Below the pieces are notes generated by a model. The model saw nothing but the letters and a program-made list of their open reading frames with translations. It had not been told where the DNA came from and searched no databases. The translations under genes were made by a program, and so were the position numbers. From the NCBI GenBank assembly GCA_016839745.1, contig JAEOTS010000045.1, positions 15,750 to 79,749 of the forward strand: 64,000 bases of DNA, written 5' to 3'. Source of the stretch: Promethearchaeota archaeon (GTDB taxonomy: Archaea; Asgardarchaeota; Lokiarchaeia; Sigyniarchaeales; SOKP01). This document shows, piece after piece, positions 40,332 to 50,554 of this stretch. The number at the start of each line of letters is the position of its first letter. Position 1 is the stretch's first letter.

Positions 40332-41654
40332 CTATTGTAAGAGATAATTCATGTGATTTATTCTTTTTTGGAGTAATTTCTGCGTTCCTATATCTTTTCT
40401 ATAAAATAATTTGCCACTAATGCATCCAACTCCTTGTTCAGCAACTTTCTCAGCGCCTTCTAGGTTATTAGCAATCCCAATTATCCCCATGGCTCTCGAT
40501 GATGTAGTGTAAACATTTTCACCTTCTCTATATACTGAAGCGTAGTAATACTTAGCCCCAATTTGCTCCAGTTTTTCCTTATTTATTATTACTAATTCAT
40601 CCTTTTTCGGAGAAGTAGGGTATCCTTCAGGGGCTAAATATTTGCACACAGTTGCTTTTTTTTCAAATTCAATCTCTGGCTTTAAATTCCCATTAATAAT
40701 TCCCATACAAATATCTATGAAATTAGTTTTCAACAGGGGTAAAATGTTCATTGCTTCAGGATCCCCAAGCCTTGCGTTAAATTCTATTAATTTAATGCCT
40801 TTTGCGGTTTTAATATACCCGCCGTAAAGGAATCCTTTATATTCAACTCCCGTTTCTGCCTTCGTTGCTGCTACGACTTTCTTCATGTCTTCAATTGCTT
40901 CATTTACATCTTCTTGTGAGATAAAGGGCATAAGATGGTTTTCCATCGAGTAACTTCCCATACCTCCGGTGTTGGGGCCTGTATCGTCTTCGTAAGCTCT
41001 CTTATGATCTTGAACTAGTGGAGTAGCAATTACATTCTTGCCGTCAACGAATGTTTGAAGCGTAAATTCTTCTCCTTCAACTTTTTCCTCGAGAAGAAAA
41101 GAAGCTTTTTGATCGACTAAAGCTTGACAATATTCCAAAATATCTCGTTTAGAAAAAAGATGATCCCCATATACCTTTACGCCTTTTCCACCTGTTAAAC
41201 CATCTGGTTTGACAACTATATTTTCTTCTCCTAACTCATCAATATAGCTCTCTAAGTTTTCCATAGAATTGTAACTCTTACTATTGATGTTTGAAGTGAT
41301 TTTATATTTTTCTAAGAGAGATCTAACAAAAATTTTTGATCCTTCTAATTGGGCAGCTTCAATTCCTGGACCTACGCATGGTATTCCATTCCTTTCTAAA
41401 GCGTCAACAATTCCTACTACTAAAGGTGCTTCTGGACCAATTACAGCAAAATCAATATTGCTTTCTTTCGAAAATTCAATAATTTCCTTAAAATCAGTCT
41501 CAGAGTGAATTTTTATTCTCCCATGACTTAGATCTTCTAATCCCGCATTTTTAGAACTCATGAACGCGTATAATTCGGCTCCATCTCTGACCAGCGTCTC
41601 TCCTATTACATGTTCTCTCGCTCCATGTCCGATTATAAGAGTTTTGACTGTCAT
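40332..41654 (-). CDS. purD: Phosphoribosylamine--glycine ligase
   Basis: IGHGAREH, IGPEAPL, AQLEGSK, KPDGLTGGKGV, QDHKR, GPNTGGMG, EFNARLGDPE. Confidence 0.97.
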   Translation of the reverse strand: MTVKTLIIGHGAREHVIGETLVRDGAELYAFMSSKNAGLEDLSHGRIKIHSETDFKEIIEFSKESNIDFAVIGPEAPLVVGIVDALERNGIPCVGPGIEAAQLEGSKIFVRSLLEKYKITSNINSKSYNSMENLESYIDELGEENIVVKPDGLTGGKGVKVYGDHLFSKRDILEYCQALVDQKASFLLEEKVEGEEFTLQTFVDGKNVIATPLVQDHKRAYEDDTGPNTGGMGSYSMENHLMPFISQEDVNEAIEDMKKVVAATKAETGVEYKGFLYGGYIKTAKGIKLIEFNARLGDPEAMNILPLLKTNFIDICMGIINGNLKPEIEFEKKATVCKYLAPEGYPTSPKKDELVIINKEKLEQIGAKYYYASVYREGENVYTTSSRAMGIIGIANNLEGAEKVAEQGVGCISGKLFYRKDIGTQKLLQKRINHMNYLLQ

Positions 41655-42231
41655 AATTTTAGTCTTCTTTAGATGAATTTCTATTGAGTATTAAGATTAT
41701 ATAATTAAATTTAAATTGTTTTATATCAAATTTAAAGTAATTATTAATCAAACATTATAAATCTGACTTTCTTAATTCTCTTGCAAAAAGTATAATTCAT
41801 TCGAAATGTTAATATAGGAACTATCTTAAACAAATTTAAAACTTGAATAATATAAGCATTATGAAGGCTAAAGGTATATTCACTCTAACCGATAAAAATT
41901 TCTTCTGCTTGGGGGATTGTAAAACAACAAATAGCTGAAAATAAATTATCTTTTAGCCTTTCTATTTCTTTTGGGAGCTACCACTTAAATCAATACAGCT
42001 AGCATCCAATGAAACAATTGAGGTTAATCAAATCCAAAGCTGTATAATTGTAAATTCGGAAGAAATTATCGTTGTTGATGCAACCTTAAATTTGAGTGAC
42101 GCTATGATCAAAATAACTTTATTAAAAACAGTAACCTTTAAAGAGAATCAATATCTTCAAGTTCAACTAAATAATTTATAATTAAAAAAAGATTCAAGGA
42201 AAAAGCATTAACAGATTTATCCTTGATTATA

Positions 42232-42819
42232 TTATTCTACTTTTTCACCACATTTTGCGCAAAATTTGGCTTCTATAGGGAGATCTCTTCCGCAATTATG
42301 ACATTGCTTACTAGTTTTTTCTTCCTGATTTTCAACTGCTTCCTTTTTAACTTCAGTTAAATCAGATCCACAATGAGGGCAAAATTTAGCATCTTCGTCA
42401 ATTTTATCCCCACAAAAGGGACAATTTACTTTAACAGTTGATTTTTCTTCAACAGGTTTAGAAACCAAGGATATAGGTTTAGTCGCCTCTTGAATCCCTC
42501 CAACTTGAAGAGTAATTGGTAATTCGATCATATGTCCTTTCTTCGTAGTGAGAGTCGCTGTAAGAGTAAAAATACCATCTGCTTTAGGTAAAACCGTAAA
42601 TAAACGATTCTTGCTATTTCGCTTTGCTATTCCTCCGTAAAATTCTATTTTAACCAGTAATTTAACTTCGGGGGGACCTGACAATTTTACCTTAACTTGA
42701 GGAATATAGTTATCTGTAAGATTTTGTACTGTTATATAAAATTCTTTACGTTTATTGAGAGTAGTATATAATGAGTCTACATTACCCTTTAAACTAAAAT
42801 GAAAATCTGTTGCTGACAT
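42232..42819 (-). CDS. Ig-like domain plus double-zinc-ribbon protein
   Basis: Beta-rich N-terminus; four C-terminal CxxCG motifs. Confidence 0.8.
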   Translation of the reverse strand: MSATDFHFSLKGNVDSLYTTLNKRKEFYITVQNLTDNYIPQVKVKLSGPPEVKLLVKIEFYGGIAKRNSKNRLFTVLPKADGIFTLTATLTTKKGHMIELPITLQVGGIQEATKPISLVSKPVEEKSTVKVNCPFCGDKIDEDAKFCPHCGSDLTEVKKEAVENQEEKTSKQCHNCGRDLPIEAKFCAKCGEKVE

Positions 42820-42963
42820 TTTCTTTTTTTGATTAACTTTTTTAATTTTTTAAGGATGCAAAAATCTATCTTATATAATCTAAATAAATTTCATAATATA
42901 TATAATGAGGAGCCCAATTTTTTTTTTCAAAATATTAAAAAAATAATAAAAAAAATTATAGAT

Positions 42964-44130
42964 TTATTTACGATAAGATCCGTAAGTTTTGCACGCATCG
43001 CACATAGCTTTAATATTTTCTAATTTTGCGTCGTCTGGAATTTCTGAGCCAACGATTAAACCTCCACCATCAGCACACTTATCAATAATTTCCTTTACTT
43101 GCTTTTCAACCATGTTAGGGGTACCAACTGTAAATAATGACGGTTTTAGATTACCTTCGATACATAAATGTCCTCCAAGTATTTCCTTTGCTTTGAAAAT
43201 ATCTGTTCTCTCGTCCATATGCAGATATATCTTACCTTTAGGTAAATCAAGGAAATAATGCAACCGATCAGTCCAATTAGTATCCATGTGCATTTGAACA
43301 ATATATCCTTTCTTGACGTAAGTACTAACTGTTTTTTTGAAATATGGCCAAAATAATTCTTCAAAATGTTTAATAGATATAAAATCAGAACTTGCTCTTG
43401 CGCCTCCAACTAAAAGCGTCTTCCCTTGGCTCTGAGTAATCCCATATTCCCCCATACGTATAAAATCGTCAGTATATTTATCGCAAATTTCTATAATTTT
43501 GTCACTATGTCGATAAATATCTTTCATAAAATTGGTAGAACCTCGAAATGTTGAAAGAAGATCAAATATTGTCCCACCTGCTCCATCGTTGAAAGTAGGT
43601 ACTTTAAAGTGCTCCCACCATTTAATTGTATTCTCTACAACTTTAGGAGCAATCTTACTTAATTTCATCATATCACCCATTTTCGCATTGTTAAAATTTG
43701 CAAGCCAGAAAAAACCATCTTTAAGAATTTTGTCGTATTCTTCAGCCTTGAGAAATGGATCTGTTAAACTTCGTTCAGCAAGTTGTGGTGGGGCATTAGG
43801 GGATAGTTGTCTCCCAGGTAATTTCCAGTCTAAATAATATACAGAGAACATATCAGGAAAAGGATTTACATATTGCATATACATGCCTCCTCCGGCCATA
43901 GCAATATCAAAACCTCCCATTTTATGATATATCCACTCCATTGCTTCTTGAGCTTTATCGGGATTTTCAAGCATATCTTGGGCTGATATGTGATCAAGAT
44001 ACTTAGTCTGAACGAAATCGATCAAGGGCCATATTGGGACTCTATCAGGTTCTTTTAATTCCATTGCCGTTAGCATTCTTTCTACGCTCGTCATTGCCTC
44101 TTCTTTTATTGGCTCCAATTTAAGCAGCAC
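42964..44130 (-). CDS. Uroporphyrinogen-decarboxylase-fold protein (MtaA/CmuA-like, corrinoid-associated)
   Basis: PDRVP, FEELFWPY, DIFKAKEILG...CIEGN, GGGLIVG..IP..AKLENIKAM; follows a corrinoid protein. True start may be TTG 44118 or ATG 44094. Confidence 0.85.
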   Translation of the reverse strand: MLLKLEPIKEEAMTSVERMLTAMELKEPDRVPIWPLIDFVQTKYLDHISAQDMLENPDKAQEAMEWIYHKMGGFDIAMAGGGMYMQYVNPFPDMFSVYYLDWKLPGRQLSPNAPPQLAERSLTDPFLKAEEYDKILKDGFFWLANFNNAKMGDMMKLSKIAPKVVENTIKWWEHFKVPTFNDGAGGTIFDLLSTFRGSTNFMKDIYRHSDKIIEICDKYTDDFIRMGEYGITQSQGKTLLVGGARASSDFISIKHFEELFWPYFKKTVSTYVKKGYIVQMHMDTNWTDRLHYFLDLPKGKIYLHMDERTDIFKAKEILGGHLCIEGNLKPSLFTVGTPNMVEKQVKEIIDKCADGGGLIVGSEIPDDAKLENIKAMCDACKTYGSYRK

Positions 44131-44764
44131 CTCCTAACCATTTTTTTACAATCTTTACCCCTTCAAAGGCATTATCGGTGAAAGCGTCAGCACCTGCTTT
44201 CTTCATCCAGAGTTCATCCACAGGAAGACCACCTATAATTATCTTTAGATTTTCTCTAAGTCCGGCAGCTTTTAAAGCCTCTGTCGTAGCATGCATTGAC
44301 TCTAATGCTACTGTTAAAAGTCCTGAATAAGCAACAACTTTGGCATTAGTTTCTTTTACTTTTTCTACAAATTCTTGCGAGGGAATATCTACCCCTAGAT
44401 CAACGACATTATAACCAGCCGATTTCAATAAAGTTACAAAAATATTTTTTCCAATGTCATGAACATCCCCCTCAACAGTTCCAATTACGACTGTTTCTAA
44501 TTTGGCTCCTTTATTTACATCTTCTTTCATATAAGGTTTAAGTAAAAGAGCAGATTGTGAGAAAATCTCGCCAGCCATCACTAATTCAGTTAAAAAATAT
44601 TCTTTTTTATTAAACCTTTCCCCTACAACTTCTACTCCTTCTCTTAGAATCTCTATAACTTCATTTGTCCTTACTCCTTCTTTCAATAACAGATTAACTA
44701 ATTTATATGCCTTATCCTCATCAAGATCGATTACAGCTTTAAGTAAATCTTCTCTATTTGTCAA
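44120..44764 (-). CDS. Cobalamin-binding corrinoid protein (MtaC/MtbC-like)
   Basis: Cap domain EYFLTELVMAG; GTVEGDVHDIGKNI (DxHxxG), DLGVD, SGLLT, IIGG. Confidence 0.95.
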   Translation of the reverse strand: MTNREDLLKAVIDLDEDKAYKLVNLLLKEGVRTNEVIEILREGVEVVGERFNKKEYFLTELVMAGEIFSQSALLLKPYMKEDVNKGAKLETVVIGTVEGDVHDIGKNIFVTLLKSAGYNVVDLGVDIPSQEFVEKVKETNAKVVAYSGLLTVALESMHATTEALKAAGLRENLKIIIGGLPVDELWMKKAGADAFTDNAFEGVKIVKKWLGGAA

Positions 44765-44765
44765 T

Positions 44766-44936
44766 TTATTTTCCTCCTACTTTTTTCTTCATAAATCCCA
44801 TTATTAAGCGACGCATCGAAAATGTTTTCTTCTTATCGCCCCATAATATGTGACCAATAGCTTTATTAATCTCTTCTTTTGAGGAGTATTTAGGTTTTTT
44901 TGAGAATTCTTCTATAATATAACACCTCTTATTCAT
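44766..44936 (-). CDS. Small basic protein upstream of the corrinoid operon (not in track)
   Basis: Hand translation: MNKRCYIIEEFSKKPKYSSKEEINKAIGHILWGDKKKTFSMRRLIMGFMKKKVGGK*. Its stop lies 1 nt before the corrinoid start and its 3' end carries the GGAGG RBS. Confidence 0.55.
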   Translation of the reverse strand: MNKRCYIIEEFSKKPKYSSKEEINKAIGHILWGDKKKTFSMRRLIMGFMKKKVGGK

Positions 44937-45080
44937 AATGGTATTATTTAATTCTTGCTCTTAGAGTATTTAAGGTTTTAATATAATTTAAAAATAAAAT
45001 TTAGTATTCAACTCTACGAAGATTGGAGGATTTCGTTTTTAAGTCGAGAATTAAGGTAATTATCCAACTAGAAATATAAT

Positions 45081-45605
45081 CTACTCGAGCATTCTTTGCT
45101 TAAAAACCTCTATAGTCTCAGAGATTTCGTTTAAACGCACTGAAAACTCTTTAGGCTTTAATTTCTTTAATTTTTCAAAATTGTTTACAATTTCCTTAAA
45201 CTCACTAATCCAGATCTTCATTAAAATCTCACTCTCTTTTCCCTCTATTCGCTTATTAATGACTTCTGCAATGGATGAGTTTATTTTGTCCATAAGTTTT
45301 TTTTCATTAATCGTATAGGAAATTCTTAGGACATCTTGTTGGGTTTTAATTTTCTCCATATCTTCTTTCATGGAAGTTTTATGTTTTAAAAGTTCTTCGT
45401 TGAACCTATTAATCATATCCATAATAATTTCTTCTTGAGTCCTAATTGTTTGCTCGATCCGTTCTTGGCTAGATAAAATATCACTTTTGATTGATCTTAT
45501 CTCTTCTTTTATAAAATGGATATCGTCTTCCGTGTTTTTTACTTGATAAATTAAATTTTGAAATTCCTTAATTGTTATCTCTTCAATTTTTTCTTTTTTG
45601 GGAAT
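45081..45605 (-). CDS. Coiled-coil protein, probable ATT start
   Basis: Track ORF (ATG 45422) extends 61 codons in frame to ATT-CCC at 45605, preceded by AGGTGG; helical heptad pattern throughout. Confidence 0.7.
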   Translation of the reverse strand: MPKKEKIEEITIKEFQNLIYQVKNTEDDIHFIKEEIRSIKSDILSSQERIEQTIRTQEEIIMDMINRFNEELLKHKTSMKEDMEKIKTQQDVLRISYTINEKKLMDKINSSIAEVINKRIEGKESEILMKIWISEFKEIVNNFEKLKKLKPKEFSVRLNEISETIEVFKQRMLE

Positions 45606-45640
45606 TGTTTACCACCTTTTATAAATAAATCAAAAATGGA

Positions 45641-46612
45641 TCACGATTGATGTTTGTTCGATTCTAATTCTAATATCGAATCTAATTTTAACTCGAAATC
45701 CTTTTTTAAATTTGCTAGGTCTTCTAAGGATTTATCAATATTGCTCATTAGAGAATCGATTGGAGCTTTTTTTAAATTTGATATAAGATCAGAAATAATT
45801 GACAAATTATTTTTAAACGCAATTATAATATTTTCTTTAATTAGACTCTTGTCGACATCGAATTCTTGAGCTTTTGTAAGATCTTTAATTTCTCTAAGAG
45901 GGAAATCTTCGAATTCAGCTAATTTTACATTTTTTTTAATAAAAGTAGGGGTTATTTTATTATGGAGCGTATTTGGATCAATTTCTTCTAAATTTATGAT
46001 TAATTTTTCTATATCTTCCTCAGTTTTATTAATAGATTCTAAAAATTTCTTGGAAATTCCTATGAATTGCTTTTCTTTACTCTCTTTCTCAATTTTTTTC
46101 ATAAAATTTAAAATTACTAATGAGAATGCCTCAGAAATATTATCTTGGGTTTTAGCTGAGACGAATATAATAGGAAAACCTGTTATTTGGTACTGACGAA
46201 TATTGTTTAAAAGAATTTCTGAATCTTCTGGTTTTATTAAATCAGATTTGTTTCCTATTAAATAGGTAATACATTCTGGAGAATGTTGTGATAAATTTTT
46301 CATATAAGTTTGTAAAAGCTCTTGTAATGTTTCTTTAGGATTATTTAAGTCGAATATTAACAAAGCCGAATCCAAATTACTAAAGAATACCGGGTTCAAA
46401 GGATTAAAACTTCTTTGCCCTCCAATATCCCAAATATTTAGCCTAATATGATAAGATGTTAATTTATACTCCTTTCTGGCGATATTACTACCAATAGTGG
46501 GAATATACATAGCAGGGAAATCCTTTCCTACAAATGTATTTACAATCGATGTTTTACCAACCCCCCATTGTCCTAATATAGCCAGTTTAATATTTATCTC
46601 TGAGACAATCAT
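45641..46612 (-). CDS. Rab/Ras-like small GTPase with C-terminal helical extension
   Basis: G1 GQWGVGKT, G2 YIPTIG, G3 WDIGGQ, G4 NKSD, G5 SAK; about 150-aa helical tail. Confidence 0.93.
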   Translation of the reverse strand: MIVSEINIKLAILGQWGVGKTSIVNTFVGKDFPAMYIPTIGSNIARKEYKLTSYHIRLNIWDIGGQRSFNPLNPVFFSNLDSALLIFDLNNPKETLQELLQTYMKNLSQHSPECITYLIGNKSDLIKPEDSEILLNNIRQYQITGFPIIFVSAKTQDNISEAFSLVILNFMKKIEKESKEKQFIGISKKFLESINKTEEDIEKLIINLEEIDPNTLHNKITPTFIKKNVKLAEFEDFPLREIKDLTKAQEFDVDKSLIKENIIIAFKNNLSIISDLISNLKKAPIDSLMSNIDKSLEDLANLKKDFELKLDSILELESNKHQS

Positions 46613-46735
46613 ACTTTTTAATTCGAGAAAAAATGAATTAATTTAACTACATATTAATTGTTAATTAATACGCAATCTTTATAAATATGCTTTATCAATA
46701 ATCAGAATCATTAAAAAACCAATTTTAGAAACTCA

Positions 46736-47332
46736 TTAACTTAAAGAATTATCCTCTTTTTTTTCTGATAAATTTTTAAAAGCGAACACAATTCTTTGGA
46801 TTACAGTAATATTTGTTCCAATTGCTAAGAAAATCATTGTCCACCATATAGCCATAGGAAACCATATTTGTAATATCGATCCGATTAAAATAATTGGGAC
46901 CCTATCTGTTCTTTCCAGTAATCCAACGCCATATAAATTAGGAATTCCTAAACTCTCGATTTTTGCTCTAGTATATGAAGTTAGGAACGCGCCAGCAAGT
47001 GTTATCAAGCCTATATATATTTCAGTATATCCCCCAAGGATAATCCCAAAAAAAATGAGATAATCTCCAATTCGATCTAAGGTAGAATCTAAAAACGATC
47101 CTAGTTTCGTTGGTCCTTGAAGACGAGCTACTACACCATCTAGTTGGTCGAAAAACTCTACTAAAGCTAGACTAATTATGATTAAAGGTAAAACTTGTAA
47201 AATAAAGAATAAAAACGCTAATGCTGCGAAAAATAAACCTAAACCTGTTATAATATTTGCAGGTATTTTTTTTAACTTCTTAGCTAAGGGAAGAAGTAGT
47301 TTTTCTGAGTATTTTTTGACTCCTAATAACAT
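46736..47332 (-). CDS. CDP-alcohol phosphatidyltransferase (archaetidylinositol-phosphate synthase-like)
   Basis: DQLDGVVAR...GSFLDSTLDR signature; SYTRAKIE; GLLERTDR. Confidence 0.92.
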   Translation of the reverse strand: MLLGVKKYSEKLLLPLAKKLKKIPANIITGLGLFFAALAFLFFILQVLPLIIISLALVEFFDQLDGVVARLQGPTKLGSFLDSTLDRIGDYLIFFGIILGGYTEIYIGLITLAGAFLTSYTRAKIESLGIPNLYGVGLLERTDRVPIILIGSILQIWFPMAIWWTMIFLAIGTNITVIQRIVFAFKNLSEKKEDNSLS

Positions 47333-47442
47333 CTTATTAATCCCGTGTTTGAATTGTTCAGTGGCTTTTCTTTCTAAATATAAGACTTATAGTAATTAAT
47401 AATTAATTAATCCAAATAATCCAACGAAAAAAAAAAGAAAAA

Positions 47443-48948
47443 TTAAATTCTATAGATTGGATAAAATTTCTTTTCTAAATATTCGATAAAATAGTCTGGG
47501 TTTAAATCTTCTCCAGTTACTCTTTTAATCAAATCTTTTGCTTGATAAATCCTACCATATTGATGAATATTTTCCCTTAAAAACGCTAACAGGTTAGAGA
47601 AATTACCTTTTTCATATTCTTCCGGCAAAGTGGGATGTTGTTTAAGGGCGGTCTTATAAAATTGGGCTCCATATAGATTTCCTAAGAAATATGTTGGAAA
47701 GTACCCAAAGTTTCCCCAAGACCAGTGAATATCTTGCAAAACACCATCAGAATTAGTTGGAGGTGTTATTCCTAGTAAATTTTCCATTTTTTCGTTCCAC
47801 AATTCTGGTAGTTCGCTAACTTGAACATTACCTTCTATAATGTCTCTTTCCAGTTCAAACCTAAGAATGATATGCATACCATAAGTAACTTCATCAGCTT
47901 CTACACGAATCAATGATGGTTGCACTGTGTTAATACTACGGTAGAAGTCTTTGACACTTTTATCCTTTAAATTGTTTGGAAAATTTTTTTTAAGTTTAGG
48001 ATACCAAAACTTCCAAAATTCCATACTCCGGCCAACCATATTTTCCCACATACGGGATTGGGATTCGTGAACTCCCATCGAACATCCACTGGCTAATACT
48101 GAGTCATGAATCTCCTCCATTAATCCCATCTCGTATAGAGCATGTCCACATTCGTGAATCGAGCCAAAAATGCATGTTGGAAAGAAATTATCGTCGATCC
48201 TAGTTGTAAATCTCGTATCTGATGAGGATAACGATGTAGTAAATGGATGGACTGATTTATCTTGGCGTCCTTTATTAAAATCGTAATTCAATCCCTTGAT
48301 AATTTCGATGCTAAAATCCCATTGCTTATTCTTGTCCCATTTTTGCGTAAGTATTGAAAAATCGGGCTTGTCGCTTGAATTTTCTAATTTTTTAATGATA
48401 CTATTGAGATTTTGCTTTGATTTATTGAAAATGTTAGCAATCCAATCATATGTTGCTCCAGGTTCGTAGAGATCGATGAGAGTAGAGTATGGATCAGGAT
48501 GAGTGTCTAGTTTCTCTGCAACTTGAATTTGAAGCCCGATCATCTTTTCTAAAAGAGGTTGAAAAATGGAAAAATCATTCTTTTTCCTTGCTTCTACCCA
48601 CTTTATATAACCAAGAGAGCCAGTTTTTGAGATTTCTTCTACCAATTCGGCTGGTAATTTAACCTCTTGCTCGTAATCCCTTTTTGCTTCGCGTAAAGTG
48701 GCGTTATCAATTAAGTTTAAATCTTTCAACTTTTCAGCTTCCTTTATTAACTTCCCAATTTTATCAGAAATTAATCGCTCATGGATTATTTTACTCATGA
48801 GAGCGTTCTGTTCAGCTCTCCCTCCAAACGACCCTTTAGGTAAATTAACTTGTTCATCCCAGCCTAATAAAGAACGAATGTGATTGAGACGAGTTATTTC
48901 ACTAAACTCTTTTTTGAGTTCTTCTATAGCATTCATATTTCTATACAC
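47443..48948 (-). CDS. Carboxypeptidase, M32 family
   Basis: HPF, HECGH, HESQS, IRVEADE, GVLQDIHW, GYFPTY. Confidence 0.96.
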   Translation of the reverse strand: MYRNMNAIEELKKEFSEITRLNHIRSLLGWDEQVNLPKGSFGGRAEQNALMSKIIHERLISDKIGKLIKEAEKLKDLNLIDNATLREAKRDYEQEVKLPAELVEEISKTGSLGYIKWVEARKKNDFSIFQPLLEKMIGLQIQVAEKLDTHPDPYSTLIDLYEPGATYDWIANIFNKSKQNLNSIIKKLENSSDKPDFSILTQKWDKNKQWDFSIEIIKGLNYDFNKGRQDKSVHPFTTSLSSSDTRFTTRIDDNFFPTCIFGSIHECGHALYEMGLMEEIHDSVLASGCSMGVHESQSRMWENMVGRSMEFWKFWYPKLKKNFPNNLKDKSVKDFYRSINTVQPSLIRVEADEVTYGMHIILRFELERDIIEGNVQVSELPELWNEKMENLLGITPPTNSDGVLQDIHWSWGNFGYFPTYFLGNLYGAQFYKTALKQHPTLPEEYEKGNFSNLLAFLRENIHQYGRIYQAKDLIKRVTGEDLNPDYFIEYLEKKFYPIYRI

Positions 48949-49069
48949 TTGATTTTTTTTCTTTTACAATTGATATAAACGATTTTAATATAGGTAAATA
49001 AAAAAGATTTGCTTTTATTTTGTCTAGAAAAAATAATCTTATGGAGGAATCAAAAAAGGAAAAGAATTC

Positions 49070-50554
49070 TCATGAGAGATCGTGCTTTACAAACACATCT
49101 GCTGCTAATTCAAGGTCCTCAACATTAAGAGGCCTTGATAAGGCTTTTTTGAGTTCAATTAAAAGCGCTTCACATAAGTTTAATGTTAGCGAACTACCAC
49201 GTTTTTCGATTAGTTGTTGGAGGATAAATGGAAAATCATCATCTTTCTTCTCAACAACTTCTAATGTTGGACGTTTTTCTTCAGGAATGACTTCATCTAT
49301 ATCAAGTGTAATGTCTTCTTTATCTATTTCTTCCCCCTCTGAAGAATCATCTGTTGAAAATAACATTAAATCTTCTGTTTTTTGCTTGATTTTTGTTGGG
49401 GCTTTTGGTATTTCTATAGGGGGTGCTTGTATTAGTGTTTTACTTGTGGGTAAGGGTTGTACTTGAATTCTTCGCGTAAAACGAATTTTCCCAGGGATTT
49501 CAAATTTCTTTTTTGCTTCAATTCCTTTTCTAATTTTAGCTTGTTCGTCGACTTTTTCCTGTAAGCTCTCTATTTTCTTCTTGAGAGTAGTCATATAAGT
49601 AAAGTCTTGATACTCATTAGATATTTTTATTAATTCCTTATATTTTGCTATTGCGAGAATAAAATTTCCCTCACTTTCAACATTTTTAGCTTCGTTAAAT
49701 AATTCCGTGAAATTGTGGGGGAGCAATTTTTTGAGATTTAGAGCTTTAGAAATTAAATTTCCAATCTTTTCTTTTGCACTCGCATCAACTAAAGATAACT
49801 CTTCCATATTCGAAATGTTTAATTCATTCTTAATTATTCTTATATCTTCTTTTCGAACCAAATCACGCTTATTACCAATAATCAAAAGTTTGGAAAATTT
49901 ACTCTCTTGCTTTTGCAAATCAAGAAAGTGATTAATTACTCGTAAATGATAATTAGATAAATCGAAAAGGAGAATTACTAAATCAGATCCTTGAATGAAT
50001 TTCGACCATAAAAGCGAGAAGTTATCTTTTAGCTCAAAATCCCATATATCGAATTTAAGATTATCTATAGAGCAAATCGAGGCAGTTGCAAAATTCATGA
50101 TCGGACGCACTCCATTACTCTTAAACATGTTAAATAACATCGTTTTTCCTGAATTTTGAGGCCCCACTATAGCAATCTTAGAGTGTAATTCATATTGCTG
50201 TTCTCGTAAAAAATCTACATACTCTCGTTTAAAGTTAGTTGAGGTATTTATATCATTTGGCGTTGGAAATAATTCCTTAAATTTTTGAATAGTATTTTCA
50301 ATCGCTGGACCGATATATTCAAGGCTATCAACAAGATCGGTAATAAACAAAAATAACATATCCCCCTCTGACCTGTGAAATATTTGAAAGTGTTCTGATA
50401 CTGGTTTTTGGAATGTTTTGCCTACCATAGGCATGTCTATATAAGATTGAATGATTTTGATAACATTTTTCAATTCATCGTCTCCAAGTGCAAGAGCATA
50501 AGTGTGATTATAAATGCAGTCGTTTTTATGAAAAATGTGAATTTGGCGAAGCAT
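49070..50554 (-). CDS. Longin-like domain + degenerate small GTPase + helical (MIT/TPR-like) multidomain protein
   Basis: N-terminal longin-like beta/alpha pattern; GPQNSGKT, WDFE (no G3 Gly), NKRD; A..VE..GNF..AI..Y helices; acidic linker. Confidence 0.8.
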   Translation of the reverse strand: MLRQIHIFHKNDCIYNHTYALALGDDELKNVIKIIQSYIDMPMVGKTFQKPVSEHFQIFHRSEGDMLFLFITDLVDSLEYIGPAIENTIQKFKELFPTPNDINTSTNFKREYVDFLREQQYELHSKIAIVGPQNSGKTMLFNMFKSNGVRPIMNFATASICSIDNLKFDIWDFELKDNFSLLWSKFIQGSDLVILLFDLSNYHLRVINHFLDLQKQESKFSKLLIIGNKRDLVRKEDIRIIKNELNISNMEELSLVDASAKEKIGNLISKALNLKKLLPHNFTELFNEAKNVESEGNFILAIAKYKELIKISNEYQDFTYMTTLKKKIESLQEKVDEQAKIRKGIEAKKKFEIPGKIRFTRRIQVQPLPTSKTLIQAPPIEIPKAPTKIKQKTEDLMLFSTDDSSEGEEIDKEDITLDIDEVIPEEKRPTLEVVEKKDDDFPFILQQLIEKRGSSLTLNLCEALLIELKKALSRPLNVEDLELAADVFVKHDLS

